Shown piece after piece: positions 47,535-56,237 of a stretch of 64,000 nt of DNA. The position numbers and the translations under genes are program-made. How positions within the stretch are numbered: position 1 is the stretch's first letter; each line of letters begins with the position of its first letter. The stretch spans positions 52,070-116,069 of the IMG/VR virus record IMGVR_UViG_3300020185_000014. One strand, given 5' to 3'. Source of the DNA: a virus. The notes beneath the pieces are model-generated. The model saw only the letters and a program-made list of their open reading frames with translations, was not told the DNA's origin and ran no database searches.

Positions 47535-49973
47535 TTAATTTGGTATGTTAAATCTATTTTGGTATGCTACCCAGTTATTGGTTATTTCTGCGGCGGATAA
47601 TGCCCTGTCGTAAACAGCAAATAGTCCGTAGTCATGATCTCCGGTATTTGACGGAGCATCTCGCGTCGCTCCGCGCGAATTCAACTTCGGCCATGATGTT
47701 TCATCTTTTAGCACCGACCCGTTTCCGAATTCTGCTATGTTCTCGTCAATTAATTGACCATTCCTATACATCTTCACAGTATGACCATCAAACGTTAATG
47801 TGGTATAGTACCATGTGTCTGTGGATATCGCAACTCCGACTGCCGGATCGGGTCTCCAATGCCATCCTAAGTTGACCGCGTCCCTTATCGCCCATTGCAA
47901 ATTATTATCATTTGTGCGCATTTCCCATATATATTCTTTGTTAAAAAGAATATCTTCTGGTGGCGAGTTACTCTGTTTCCTAAACACCACTTCCACCGTA
48001 ATAAAGTTGATGTCGTTAAATTGATGATAAGATGTTGCCCAATCATCAACCCCTAAATGCCAATAACTTTGCAGGTGATTGGGTTGTTCGATATGAACCG
48101 GAGTACCAAAAAACTCAAAGTCTCTGCCAGAACTATAAGAGGAATTTTCTGATATATTGATCCAGTTACGCACAGTCACCCCGTCCGGATCTATCATATC
48201 TGTACTTGCGGGCAGACCAGCATCAAGAAGCACAACTAGATCATCAATTCCTTGCGGTTTACCCTCGAGGGTTGATGTGTTATACCAGAACCCATTATGG
48301 TAACTTTCGTTATAACCCAAATCCGTATTATATCTAGTGAATCCGTTCGCGGGTAAAATTGGTCTTTCTGCTGTCGTCCCGCCTTGACCTTCTACACTAG
48401 TGTCCGTAATTGAGAACGTTGAATAGGTTTCTACGGCACCGTCTCTTAAAACGTTGACGCGATAGTTCTTAGTTCCTTCTGTTGTTACGTCTACTGCCGG
48501 TCTGAACGTGAACGATCCAGTCTTTAAGAAGAATGATCCCGACAATTCGAAACTCCCGCTCGCGGGTGCAATATCCGTTGCGGTAACTCCGTTATACAAT
48601 ACCTCGTAATCGAGTTCAGATTCTTCAATGTTTCTTGACTCGACGTCAATTGTAATCTCGGTGCCTTCGTCGTAGAACCCAAGGTCAGCACCGCCGCCGA
48701 TCGAGATATTCAATTCGGAAAACGCTGCACCGCCTTGCGAGAAGCACGAGACTCCTATTTGACTCGACCCCATGAATTTATTTAAAACTCCACCGAAAGC
48801 AGAAGTTGATACGTCGACTGTTAATCCGCCTTTCAGCACTTCGGAATTAGGATCAGTGGAGTATGCTGTTATAACGTCCCCCGAACGTTCGACTCGGATC
48901 GTTGTTCCTCGCGGGAGAAAAGTGTTCCAGTTGCTAGCGCCAACATAAGGAATCGCCGCACTACCGTTCGCGATTATTTGTCCGTCGCCCTGCAGGTAAT
49001 TATAAGTGACCGCCCATGCATCGGTTTGGTGGTCCACCGCTTGATCTTGATTTCTAATTGCGGATAACGTGTATTCTCTACCGGCAGCGCCATACAACCC
49101 TGCCGTGTCTTTATAGAACGCTATGACAATTCCAAGACGATCGTTATCGGCATCTGCGGATGTTATCTTAGACTGGATTACATAATCCTGATACTCATCA
49201 TTACTAACGAATCCAATATAGCTGCCGGAATTTAATGTTGAAGCAATGCTGCCGGTCTCTTCAGTATACGACCACGCAGTTAATTCTGAAGCAATGGCGG
49301 GGTAGGCGGTGCTCCCTGAATGAGAAAACCTTAACCACGTGTCAAATATAGTTGATTGACCAATAGTAAACGCATTTGTGATTCTGGTTACTCGTGGCAA
49401 ATTTCGTATGATCACGTCATCGCTAACCGTAGGCAACCCGATAGAAGTAGTTAGTGACTGGTCTATGGTCATTGTAATAGTAGTGTCCGCCTCTATATTG
49501 TTAACTGCGAATGATTTGTGTTGCGTCGCGTTTAGCATATTGAACGATCCGATGAGCGGCCGGTTGACCTGATTTGGTTGGACCCCGCTCAGCGTATAAA
49601 AAATTTCTTTATAATTCGGAGGAAAAGCAGAACTGGTCAAAGAAAATGTAAACGCATCAAGTTCTTGAGCGGAATCAATATTGGATGTTAACGAAAGCGC
49701 CGGAAGTCCATCAGTACCATATGGGTTAATGCCTTGCCCCATTTCCCTATCGAACGTGTGGAAATTATTTGAAAATCGTTGGACGTTGAGGAACCCGTCT
49801 TCAGAAAAAAGCGGACCGTGTCCAGGGTTATCGTCGACGGAGTCGATAGATTCGAATCCGCCCATATATGATAGGACTGATGAATAGTAATGATCTAATT
49901 CAGCAATGGTTAAATCGCTATCGGGAACGTCTCTCAATTCGTTTCTAAGATCATTCCAAACGAGTTTTCTCAT
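47535..49973 (-). CDS. Virion adhesin-like protein with C-terminal LamG/ConA-like lectin domain
   Basis: LLDAG, WYYTTLTFDG..VKMYRNG, VYDRALSAAEI..N; internal Calx-like TTEG motif. Confidence 0.75.
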   Translation of the reverse strand: MRKLVWNDLRNELRDVPDSDLTIAELDHYYSSVLSYMGGFESIDSVDDNPGHGPLFSEDGFLNVQRFSNNFHTFDREMGQGINPYGTDGLPALSLTSNIDSAQELDAFTFSLTSSAFPPNYKEIFYTLSGVQPNQVNRPLIGSFNMLNATQHKSFAVNNIEADTTITMTIDQSLTTSIGLPTVSDDVIIRNLPRVTRITNAFTIGQSTIFDTWLRFSHSGSTAYPAIASELTAWSYTEETGSIASTLNSGSYIGFVSNDEYQDYVIQSKITSADADNDRLGIVIAFYKDTAGLYGAAGREYTLSAIRNQDQAVDHQTDAWAVTYNYLQGDGQIIANGSAAIPYVGASNWNTFLPRGTTIRVERSGDVITAYSTDPNSEVLKGGLTVDVSTSAFGGVLNKFMGSSQIGVSCFSQGGAAFSELNISIGGGADLGFYDEGTEITIDVESRNIEESELDYEVLYNGVTATDIAPASGSFELSGSFFLKTGSFTFRPAVDVTTEGTKNYRVNVLRDGAVETYSTFSITDTSVEGQGGTTAERPILPANGFTRYNTDLGYNESYHNGFWYNTSTLEGKPQGIDDLVVLLDAGLPASTDMIDPDGVTVRNWINISENSSYSSGRDFEFFGTPVHIEQPNHLQSYWHLGVDDWATSYHQFNDINFITVEVVFRKQSNSPPEDILFNKEYIWEMRTNDNNLQWAIRDAVNLGWHWRPDPAVGVAISTDTWYYTTLTFDGHTVKMYRNGQLIDENIAEFGNGSVLKDETSWPKLNSRGATRDAPSNTGDHDYGLFAVYDRALSAAEITNNWVAYQNRFNIPN

Positions 49974-50338
49974 ATCGATCTCAGTCTCTCAACAATGATC
50001 GGGTCGAGTCCGATCTCAGAATAATTTATTGTCGGTAATACATTAAGGAAAATATAGAATGGTCTTAAAACGCGCTGGTGTTTTTCTTCCATCTTATACT
50101 CCATCATCTTCAATCCTGCGGGAACCCCGAATACATTAAATATTACAATCAAGTGATTAAGTATCAATCGCTCCGATAAAACTTTATTTTCAATGTATCG
50201 ATTCAGTAATCGTTTTACATATTTGAACCGTTTAAGGTCTTCATGAAACTCATCGGCATCGATGCACGCGGGACTATAGTAGTGCCGTGCCGCGAACAGT
50301 GCAAATGTTTCTTCGTTAAGTGTTTCAAATAATTTCAT
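49970..50338 (-). CDS. Conserved T4-like hypothetical protein
   Basis: EF.EDLKRFKY.KRL...ERLILNHLIV..NVFG. Confidence 0.75.
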   Translation of the reverse strand: MKLFETLNEETFALFAARHYYSPACIDADEFHEDLKRFKYVKRLLNRYIENKVLSERLILNHLIVIFNVFGVPAGLKMMEYKMEEKHQRVLRPFYIFLNVLPTINYSEIGLDPIIVERLRSI

Positions 50339-50416
50339 TCATAGTAACTCATCTCTGTTACTATTATATATTCGTTCTGTGTCATGACATGACAGGCATG
50401 CACGACAAATACGTTA

Positions 50417-50710
50417 CTATTTCTTAGAGATCCAGGCAGAAACGCCCATGTAAGCGCCAACAACACCTGCTTGCGCGATATAGAATAGTCCTAGAACATC
50501 CGCCAAAGCGTTTATTCGACTGTCTTGAAATATTGGTAAAAATAACGCAAGAGTGAAAACGATCATAGACCACATTGAGATCCATGCCATATTTCTTTGC
50601 GTATCTGCTTTCTCTTCTCGAATTTCTAACTCGAGTATTTCTTCTTTAACTTTCAGTTCACTTTCCGTAATAACGCCATCACTATCTAAATCGACAGTGG
50701 AATTCGACAT
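50417..50710 (-). CDS. Two-TM membrane protein with EF-hand-like loop (holin candidate)
   Basis: DLDSDGVITESE then two hydrophobic helices; start MSNST. Confidence 0.55.
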   Translation of the reverse strand: MSNSTVDLDSDGVITESELKVKEEILELEIREEKADTQRNMAWISMWSMIVFTLALFLPIFQDSRINALADVLGLFYIAQAGVVGAYMGVSAWISKK

Positions 50711-50961
50711 TAGTTCTCTCCTGAGATTTTCCCCCAAAAGTGCTTGATCGTATCAGCACTTAGAAGACGTTGCTTTGGTCCTGGTGCTTCGGTTAACACC
50801 TGAGGTTGAGCAATTGGTTCTTGTGTATATCGTTCTCTATAGAATTCTTCAATATGCTCTGGTAACATTCTTTGTTTCTTAAGCATTTCACCAGACGGCG
50901 AAACCCAACCATTAGGGGTCGGGGTCGCGTCTTCACACCAATGTGGAGGTTTAATCGACAT
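50710..50961 (-). CDS. Hypothetical protein
   Basis: PPHWCEDATPTPNGW...GE.L. Confidence 0.6.
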   Translation of the reverse strand: MSIKPPHWCEDATPTPNGWVSPSGEMLKKQRMLPEHIEEFYRERYTQEPIAQPQVLTEAPGPKQRLLSADTIKHFWGKISGEN

Positions 50962-50963
50962 GG

Positions 50964-51956
50964 TTATACCTTTGTGGTATCTTTAGGTGTTTCGGGTTTG
51001 AGGTCGCCTTTACGAATATCGCCAGGGCGAGCGGGTGCTTGTTTAGTTGCACGCCCTGCCTTTGTTGCATCGTCATGACCTTTCTCTTCAAAGTCTTCAA
51101 TATCTTTATCGGACTTGGCGTGATCCGCCGCAAATTTCTTAGAGGAGGCAGGTTCTTTATCCATGATACCTTCGGGTTTCGTTGCACCTTTCTTGTGAGA
51201 TTTATCTTCCCACATATTCTTCATTGATGCGATCGCGCGTTGCTGTAGTGCAGAGTAAGTTTCTTCAATCTCTGCTTCTAATTCAGCAACCGTACCTTCT
51301 TGAACTTTTGATTTAGCGTCACGTGCTTTCTGAAGTTTTTCTTGATCGTTTCTTGTACGCGCGCGAGTTCTAATCTGCGCTTCATCCACTTCATCTTCTT
51401 CGTTTGCTTTCTTCAACGCTTTCTGTACACGAGGATTATCGCTCATGCCTTTCTTTTGCTTGTCAATTTTCTTAACAGCACCGGTCATATCGCCGCTCAT
51501 GTTCTTGGCGGTTTTGATAGCAGATGATACACCTTCGAGTTGATCCGCCGGAACATTAAACTCTACGCCATGTTCGAACAGAACGTCGACGCCGTCAGAT
51601 GACTCGGACATAATCTCGCCATAACCCCATTGTTCGTGACGAACAGATTCACATGATGATTTCTTTTTCTCAGAAGATTCGAATCTTGAACATTCATCAT
51701 CGTGGTTTTCTGTAGAACCACCGCACTCACTGCATTTATTCATTCCGCTCTTACTCATCTTAATCTCATTTTCGCTTTCTTGTTTGATCGCGCGTTTAAC
51801 AGATTTGCGTCGATTGTGCAAGTATTCATCGGAGGAGTCTACATCTCCGTCGTTGTCGATGTCCGCATCTGCCTTACCGACAGGGTCCATCTTCTTTTTC
51901 TTTTCTGAAACCTGACCCCATAAATCTTTAAATCTATTCAAATCTTCAGTATTCAT
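50964..51956 (-). CDS. Charged putative internal head/core protein
   Basis: DADIDNDGDVDSSDEYLHNRRK motif; K/E-rich modules. Confidence 0.6.
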   Translation of the reverse strand: MNTEDLNRFKDLWGQVSEKKKKMDPVGKADADIDNDGDVDSSDEYLHNRRKSVKRAIKQESENEIKMSKSGMNKCSECGGSTENHDDECSRFESSEKKKSSCESVRHEQWGYGEIMSESSDGVDVLFEHGVEFNVPADQLEGVSSAIKTAKNMSGDMTGAVKKIDKQKKGMSDNPRVQKALKKANEEDEVDEAQIRTRARTRNDQEKLQKARDAKSKVQEGTVAELEAEIEETYSALQQRAIASMKNMWEDKSHKKGATKPEGIMDKEPASSKKFAADHAKSDKDIEDFEEKGHDDATKAGRATKQAPARPGDIRKGDLKPETPKDTTKV

Positions 51957-51967
51957 TACTATCTCCG

Positions 51968-52258
51968 TTATAGGATACCATTAAAATGACTAACAACCAT
52001 CGAAACCACACCACCAATAGTCAACCAAGTGATTTTCTGTAACGAAGTTAATGTTACCAGCATCGCGGTTGTTTTCGTATCAATGACGTCAATTTTTTCT
52101 GACAATTTATTTACTCTCTCATGAGATTCTTTTCTACGAATCTCAAGTTCATTAATTTTTTCTTCTACTCTCGCCAACTGTATTACCACGTCGGACAATC
52201 TATCTATTTTTTCTTCGATACGATCTAATCGATCGTCTTGTTCCGTACCACGTTCCAT
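51968..52258 (-). CDS. Coiled-coil protein with C-terminal TM segment (XhlA/holin-like)
   Basis: RLDRIEEKID.L....LARVEEK; late promoter upstream. Confidence 0.6.
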   Translation of the reverse strand: MERGTEQDDRLDRIEEKIDRLSDVVIQLARVEEKINELEIRRKESHERVNKLSEKIDVIDTKTTAMLVTLTSLQKITWLTIGGVVSMVVSHFNGIL

Positions 52259-52346
52259 ACTGTGCTCTCCGGTATGATTTTATATTAAGAAGTCGTGCAA
52301 CAATTCAAAAAGCAATGACGTTAAAATAAAATAGAACACTCGAGGT

Positions 52347-52354
52347 TATTTATA
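52347..52354 (-). promoter_or_regulatory. Late promoter TATAAATA
   Basis: Exact intergenic match. Confidence 0.7.
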
Positions 52355-52358
52355 AAAT

Positions 52359-52706
52359 TTAATTATCTACCTTGGACCCCGCTCTCCATTGATAGCAACT
52401 CCAATACTTAGCTTTCCATTTAGGACCTGGATTATCACAACCGTGCCTTGCGCGAAAAGACTTGCGGCGCGCTGGATCGTCCCGTTTAATTTCCATATTG
52501 GGATCTCCGAAGTTAACCTTAACGACATTACCCTTTTCGTTCTTAACGTATACAGAAAACTTCTTAGGACCACCAGAGGTCCTGAACGGATTGTTGAGAG
52601 ACACTTTCTTGCCCTGATACTCTGATTCAACGATCTCTAATTCTTCGTATAAACTTTCGCAAACACAATCAATATGATCTGCTCGGTGCGTATTGAATTT
52701 CTTCAT
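52359..52706 (-). CDS. Conserved basic phage protein (RRKSFRARH family)
   Basis: KKFSVYVK...V.FGD...RRKSFRARH.C...YWSC. Confidence 0.75.
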   Translation of the reverse strand: MKKFNTHRADHIDCVCESLYEELEIVESEYQGKKVSLNNPFRTSGGPKKFSVYVKNEKGNVVKVNFGDPNMEIKRDDPARRKSFRARHGCDNPGPKWKAKYWSCYQWRAGSKVDN

Positions 52707-52708
52707 GA

Positions 52709-53278
52709 CTATTCTCTACTCCTATGTCCGTTCCAGGCGACGAACCCCGCAAGGCGCAGCGCCCAATATGCAAGGTAGTTTAACACTTTAAATCCGTTCA
52801 CTTCAATACAGATATCACGAAACAATTCATCCGCTGCTTTCTGATCTAAGAGTTGGGTTTGACCTTCTTTCGTTGCGGGTTTCAGCGACGCATACTTGTA
52901 AGCATAGTCGTGAACTAAACCGCCCATCAACAAAACACCGACTGGTGATAGAAATGTCGCGAGAAACTTTGGAACAGACGCCCCGTCGAATTGAAATCCT
53001 GCAGGAACAACGTAGAATTTACCGCCCAATGAATAGTGCCAGTCTTCGACGATTTCCCATTGACGAGTACCGAGCAACCACATCCATACACCCTTGAAGA
53101 AACCTTTATCTTTGGTTTCAATAGGCAGGGGTGACATTTTAGGCATGCTAGCATATTTGAAATCTACACGACTTTCGCCTTGCCCATCGAAATAACTGAC
53201 TACGAAACCAACTAAAACGAGTACAGCAAGAATTGTCCATTGCCAAAACGTTGTTGCTAATTCTAAAAACATTTCCAT
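52709..53278 (-). CDS. DUF1353-like protein with N-terminal TM segment
   Basis: VPAGF.FDGASVP, HDYAY, ADELF. Confidence 0.75.
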   Translation of the reverse strand: MEMFLELATTFWQWTILAVLVLVGFVVSYFDGQGESRVDFKYASMPKMSPLPIETKDKGFFKGVWMWLLGTRQWEIVEDWHYSLGGKFYVVPAGFQFDGASVPKFLATFLSPVGVLLMGGLVHDYAYKYASLKPATKEGQTQLLDQKAADELFRDICIEVNGFKVLNYLAYWALRLAGFVAWNGHRSRE

Positions 53279-53279
53279 T

Positions 53280-54566
53280 TTACTTTCCTAGACTTCTATG
53301 CGCTGCTGCTGCTTGTTTAACTGCGGCGGGACCGCCTTTCGCTAATCTGATTTTGAGTTGACGCTTACCCATTACAGGTAATTTGTCGTACAACTTCAGA
53401 GCGTGATGAGCATCATCAGCACTAACTTTACCAGTTTTGCCCTTATGGAATACCGGTGTGTGTATACCTTTAGTATCAACAACCTTTCGAAGTTGGACGA
53501 TTGGATGTAGGTCTGCCTTATCGTCATATGTAGTTTTTGGTTTAGACTTAACAGGTTTCGGCGCTGCTGCTTTCTTAGGGTTCGCTGCAGCGTCCTTCTT
53601 CTTCTGTTGACGTTTAACAGAAGACCTTCCGTCGGCGTCTCTCGCTGACGCTTTCTTATCTCTAATGCGAGCAATCTCTTCTCTTTCTTTATCGGTCAAC
53701 TCTGACACAACAGATTCTTTCGGTACACAGTTCGGAACAGTCTTACCGTTCTTTTTCTTAGTCCCGACCATTTCGTAATCGTCCCAGCAAGGATCGCTCT
53801 TCTCTGTCTTTGCATTTGTTTGGTGCGATTTTCTTTGTTGTTTTATTCGCGCAAATGATTTTTCGCGATCATACTCTGCTTCCGCTTCTTTGTACTTTGC
53901 TGAACTACCTTTACCACCAATAGGTGTCGGTGGTTTTCTGTATACTTCATCAACAGATTCTTTTTCTAATGCTTTCTTAACAATTTTTCCTGCTGCAGTC
54001 TTAACGCCTTGAGCGCGTTTAGGATTTTTCCAAGACTTATCTGCAAAACTCTGTAGAGTCTTAGTGCTCAGTTCAGCAACCGGTTCTTCAGAGACATTCT
54101 TACCTCTACCATGCTTGACGAGGTATGAACCAGATGTGTCTTTATGAACAACGCCATTATGTGTCTTGGCGTGACTGTATGCAGTATTCTTATCGAATTT
54201 ACCTGCATTGCCCTTGTCCCGACCCTTCTCGCCTTTACCGCCTATGTAACCTTCTTGTTTAATAATTTCTTTGTCTGTCTTAACCATGCGAACCCTTCGC
54301 TTCCCTTTTTCATCTGTATACATTTCGGGTTTTTTATCTGCGGAGGTTACTTTTTCTTCTGCCCTTTTGATACCTTTGGCTCGGTTATCTGCTTTTCGTT
54401 GATGAACTTTACCCATGTGGTCTGTCCAATCGCTTTTCGAAGAATCTGCCGATCCGGTTCTTGTCTTGTAATCCTTAGCGATTCTTTGATGAGAATCCTT
54501 AGAATCTTTCGCTTTGTCCAGATATTTTTTCTTCATTTCCGGAGAAAGTTCGTTAACCTTATTCAT
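53280..54566 (-). CDS. Lys-rich modular putative internal head protein
   Basis: Repeated V-x-E-L-S/T junctions; PCWDDYEMVGTKKKNGKTVPNCVP module. Confidence 0.6.
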   Translation of the reverse strand: MNKVNELSPEMKKKYLDKAKDSKDSHQRIAKDYKTRTGSADSSKSDWTDHMGKVHQRKADNRAKGIKRAEEKVTSADKKPEMYTDEKGKRRVRMVKTDKEIIKQEGYIGGKGEKGRDKGNAGKFDKNTAYSHAKTHNGVVHKDTSGSYLVKHGRGKNVSEEPVAELSTKTLQSFADKSWKNPKRAQGVKTAAGKIVKKALEKESVDEVYRKPPTPIGGKGSSAKYKEAEAEYDREKSFARIKQQRKSHQTNAKTEKSDPCWDDYEMVGTKKKNGKTVPNCVPKESVVSELTDKEREEIARIRDKKASARDADGRSSVKRQQKKKDAAANPKKAAAPKPVKSKPKTTYDDKADLHPIVQLRKVVDTKGIHTPVFHKGKTGKVSADDAHHALKLYDKLPVMGKRQLKIRLAKGGPAAVKQAAAAHRSLGK

Positions 54567-55732
54567 ACCAGATCCTTGTTGCCTTTATGTTTCGAATAAC
54601 CTTTTTTGGTTGATTTCTTTTTATCAGTATGCACTGCTGCTTTGTTAAACTTACTAGCATATTTTGCGACAGGATTACTACTTCCTTCTGGTACAGTTCT
54701 CCTGTTAACTTCCCTTGCTCGTTTCAAGCGAGCGATATCCAAAAGTTTATCGTGCTTTGATTTATCTGCTTGTTTTTCTTTAGATATTTTCTTCTTCGCG
54801 ATCTCGACAGCATCTTCTTCTACTTCAACTGACTCTCCAGGGGTCATAGATTTTGCTTTACGAGTTGCTTCAGGCGTGCCCCATTCCGGAGCATTGCCCA
54901 TCGTTCCTTCTTTTACAACAGAATCAATCCATTGACGCGATATGTTGCCTTCGTCTAATCCTATGATGACGTAGTTAGTGCCGAGTCGCTGAATGTGACC
55001 TGATTGTTTTGATTTTGTAATTATAACTCTATCGCCGACTTCAAACAAATCGCCTTGAACAAACTTCTCTCGGATTTCTGAGACTGGGTTAAACTCGCAC
55101 CGTGTTTTAAATTCGGTCGCTTCTTTCAAACCCATGCCAACACGAACAGCGTTAAATAAAGATTTTGCATCTTTATTAGACATGCTTCTCGGTACGCCCT
55201 GCGAAAACTTCACGAAATCGTTAGTCTTTGCATGCGCGCGTTGTTTGCTTGCCGAGATACCGGAAACGTCGTCAGCGTCCGGATCTCTTTCGCCAGCAGA
55301 GACAACTGTGATCTTTTCGAAGTTGTAGAAACCGTGCCGCGCTTTTGTGCCGTTGTATTTGTTTAACAGAGTTTGAAACTCGGTAACTCGATCTGACCCG
55401 ACTACCATCGTGACTTTTCGATACCCTTGGTCGTAGAGGTTGACCGCAGCATCAAAAACGTTTTTAACTTTCTTATTTGATAAGATGTTCCTACCGTGTT
55501 TCGGGAACATCTTTCGGGAGAGTTTAACTTTCTCAATATAGGGGATCGGATTGCTTTTCGGATCTTGCGATTGAGATAAGAATATTTTGTATGGATTTTT
55601 CTGAGACTTTCTAGAAATAGTATCTAAGAGTTTTTCGTGTCCGGTGGTGGGAGGATTCATTCTACCAAAAGTGAAAAAGATTTCTCTATCTTCTTCGACG
55701 AGAAATTGTTTAAATGACGAAATAGAATTCAT
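54563..55732 (-). CDS. HxGH-family nucleotidyltransferase (NMNAT/cytidylyltransferase-like) with CTS-like N-terminus
   Basis: FGRMNPPTTGH, VVGSDR, ISASKQR; SFKQFLVE. Confidence 0.85.
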   Translation of the reverse strand: MNSISSFKQFLVEEDREIFFTFGRMNPPTTGHEKLLDTISRKSQKNPYKIFLSQSQDPKSNPIPYIEKVKLSRKMFPKHGRNILSNKKVKNVFDAAVNLYDQGYRKVTMVVGSDRVTEFQTLLNKYNGTKARHGFYNFEKITVVSAGERDPDADDVSGISASKQRAHAKTNDFVKFSQGVPRSMSNKDAKSLFNAVRVGMGLKEATEFKTRCEFNPVSEIREKFVQGDLFEVGDRVIITKSKQSGHIQRLGTNYVIIGLDEGNISRQWIDSVVKEGTMGNAPEWGTPEATRKAKSMTPGESVEVEEDAVEIAKKKISKEKQADKSKHDKLLDIARLKRAREVNRRTVPEGSSNPVAKYASKFNKAAVHTDKKKSTKKGYSKHKGNKDLV

Positions 55733-55747
55733 TGTACCGTATCCCTT

Positions 55748-56209
55748 TTACTTAGAAGAAGATCTTCTTTCTTTATCTAGTTTTCTAATTGACGGGAGGT
55801 TTCGTACAGCGATTCGGTCGATACGACCTTTCATTTTCTCGAGTCGTTTTTCGATTTCTTGCCGGCGAGCAGGTGGAACTTCAGCGCGAGACTTGCCTTT
55901 CGACAGTTTCTTGAAGACCTGATTCATCGCATGTTTTCTTGCACGCTTCTTGAGGCGAGGAAGGTCCGCCGCTTTTTTAGATTGACGTTTTCGTCCAACC
56001 TTGAGGCGGGTTTTCATTTTACGCATCTGACGACCACGCGCGCGCCTTTGAGAGAAAGTTAGCGCTTCTAATTCTACTTCCGCTTCTTCCGCAGGACCGC
56101 CAGTACCATTCGTCTTGCGGCGCTTCTGTACGCGATAATTAGTCAATTCATCTTCGCCTGGTCGATACTCGACCGTCGTGAAGTTTTTGAAACTCATTGG
56201 TTTCGGCAT
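55748..56209 (-). CDS. Highly basic putative internal head protein
   Basis: MSFKNF..VE; ELEAL followed by an R/K-rich helix. Confidence 0.65.
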   Translation of the reverse strand: MPKPMSFKNFTTVEYRPGEDELTNYRVQKRRKTNGTGGPAEEAEVELEALTFSQRRARGRQMRKMKTRLKVGRKRQSKKAADLPRLKKRARKHAMNQVFKKLSKGKSRAEVPPARRQEIEKRLEKMKGRIDRIAVRNLPSIRKLDKERRSSSK

Positions 56210-56237
56210 TTCGCTTTCCTTTGGTTCAATCCATTTA

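Noticed and set aside
54563-55732. KdsB (CMP-Kdo synthetase) partner for kdsA
   Set aside because: The motifs are HxGH-family, whereas KdsB has a GT-A-like fold.
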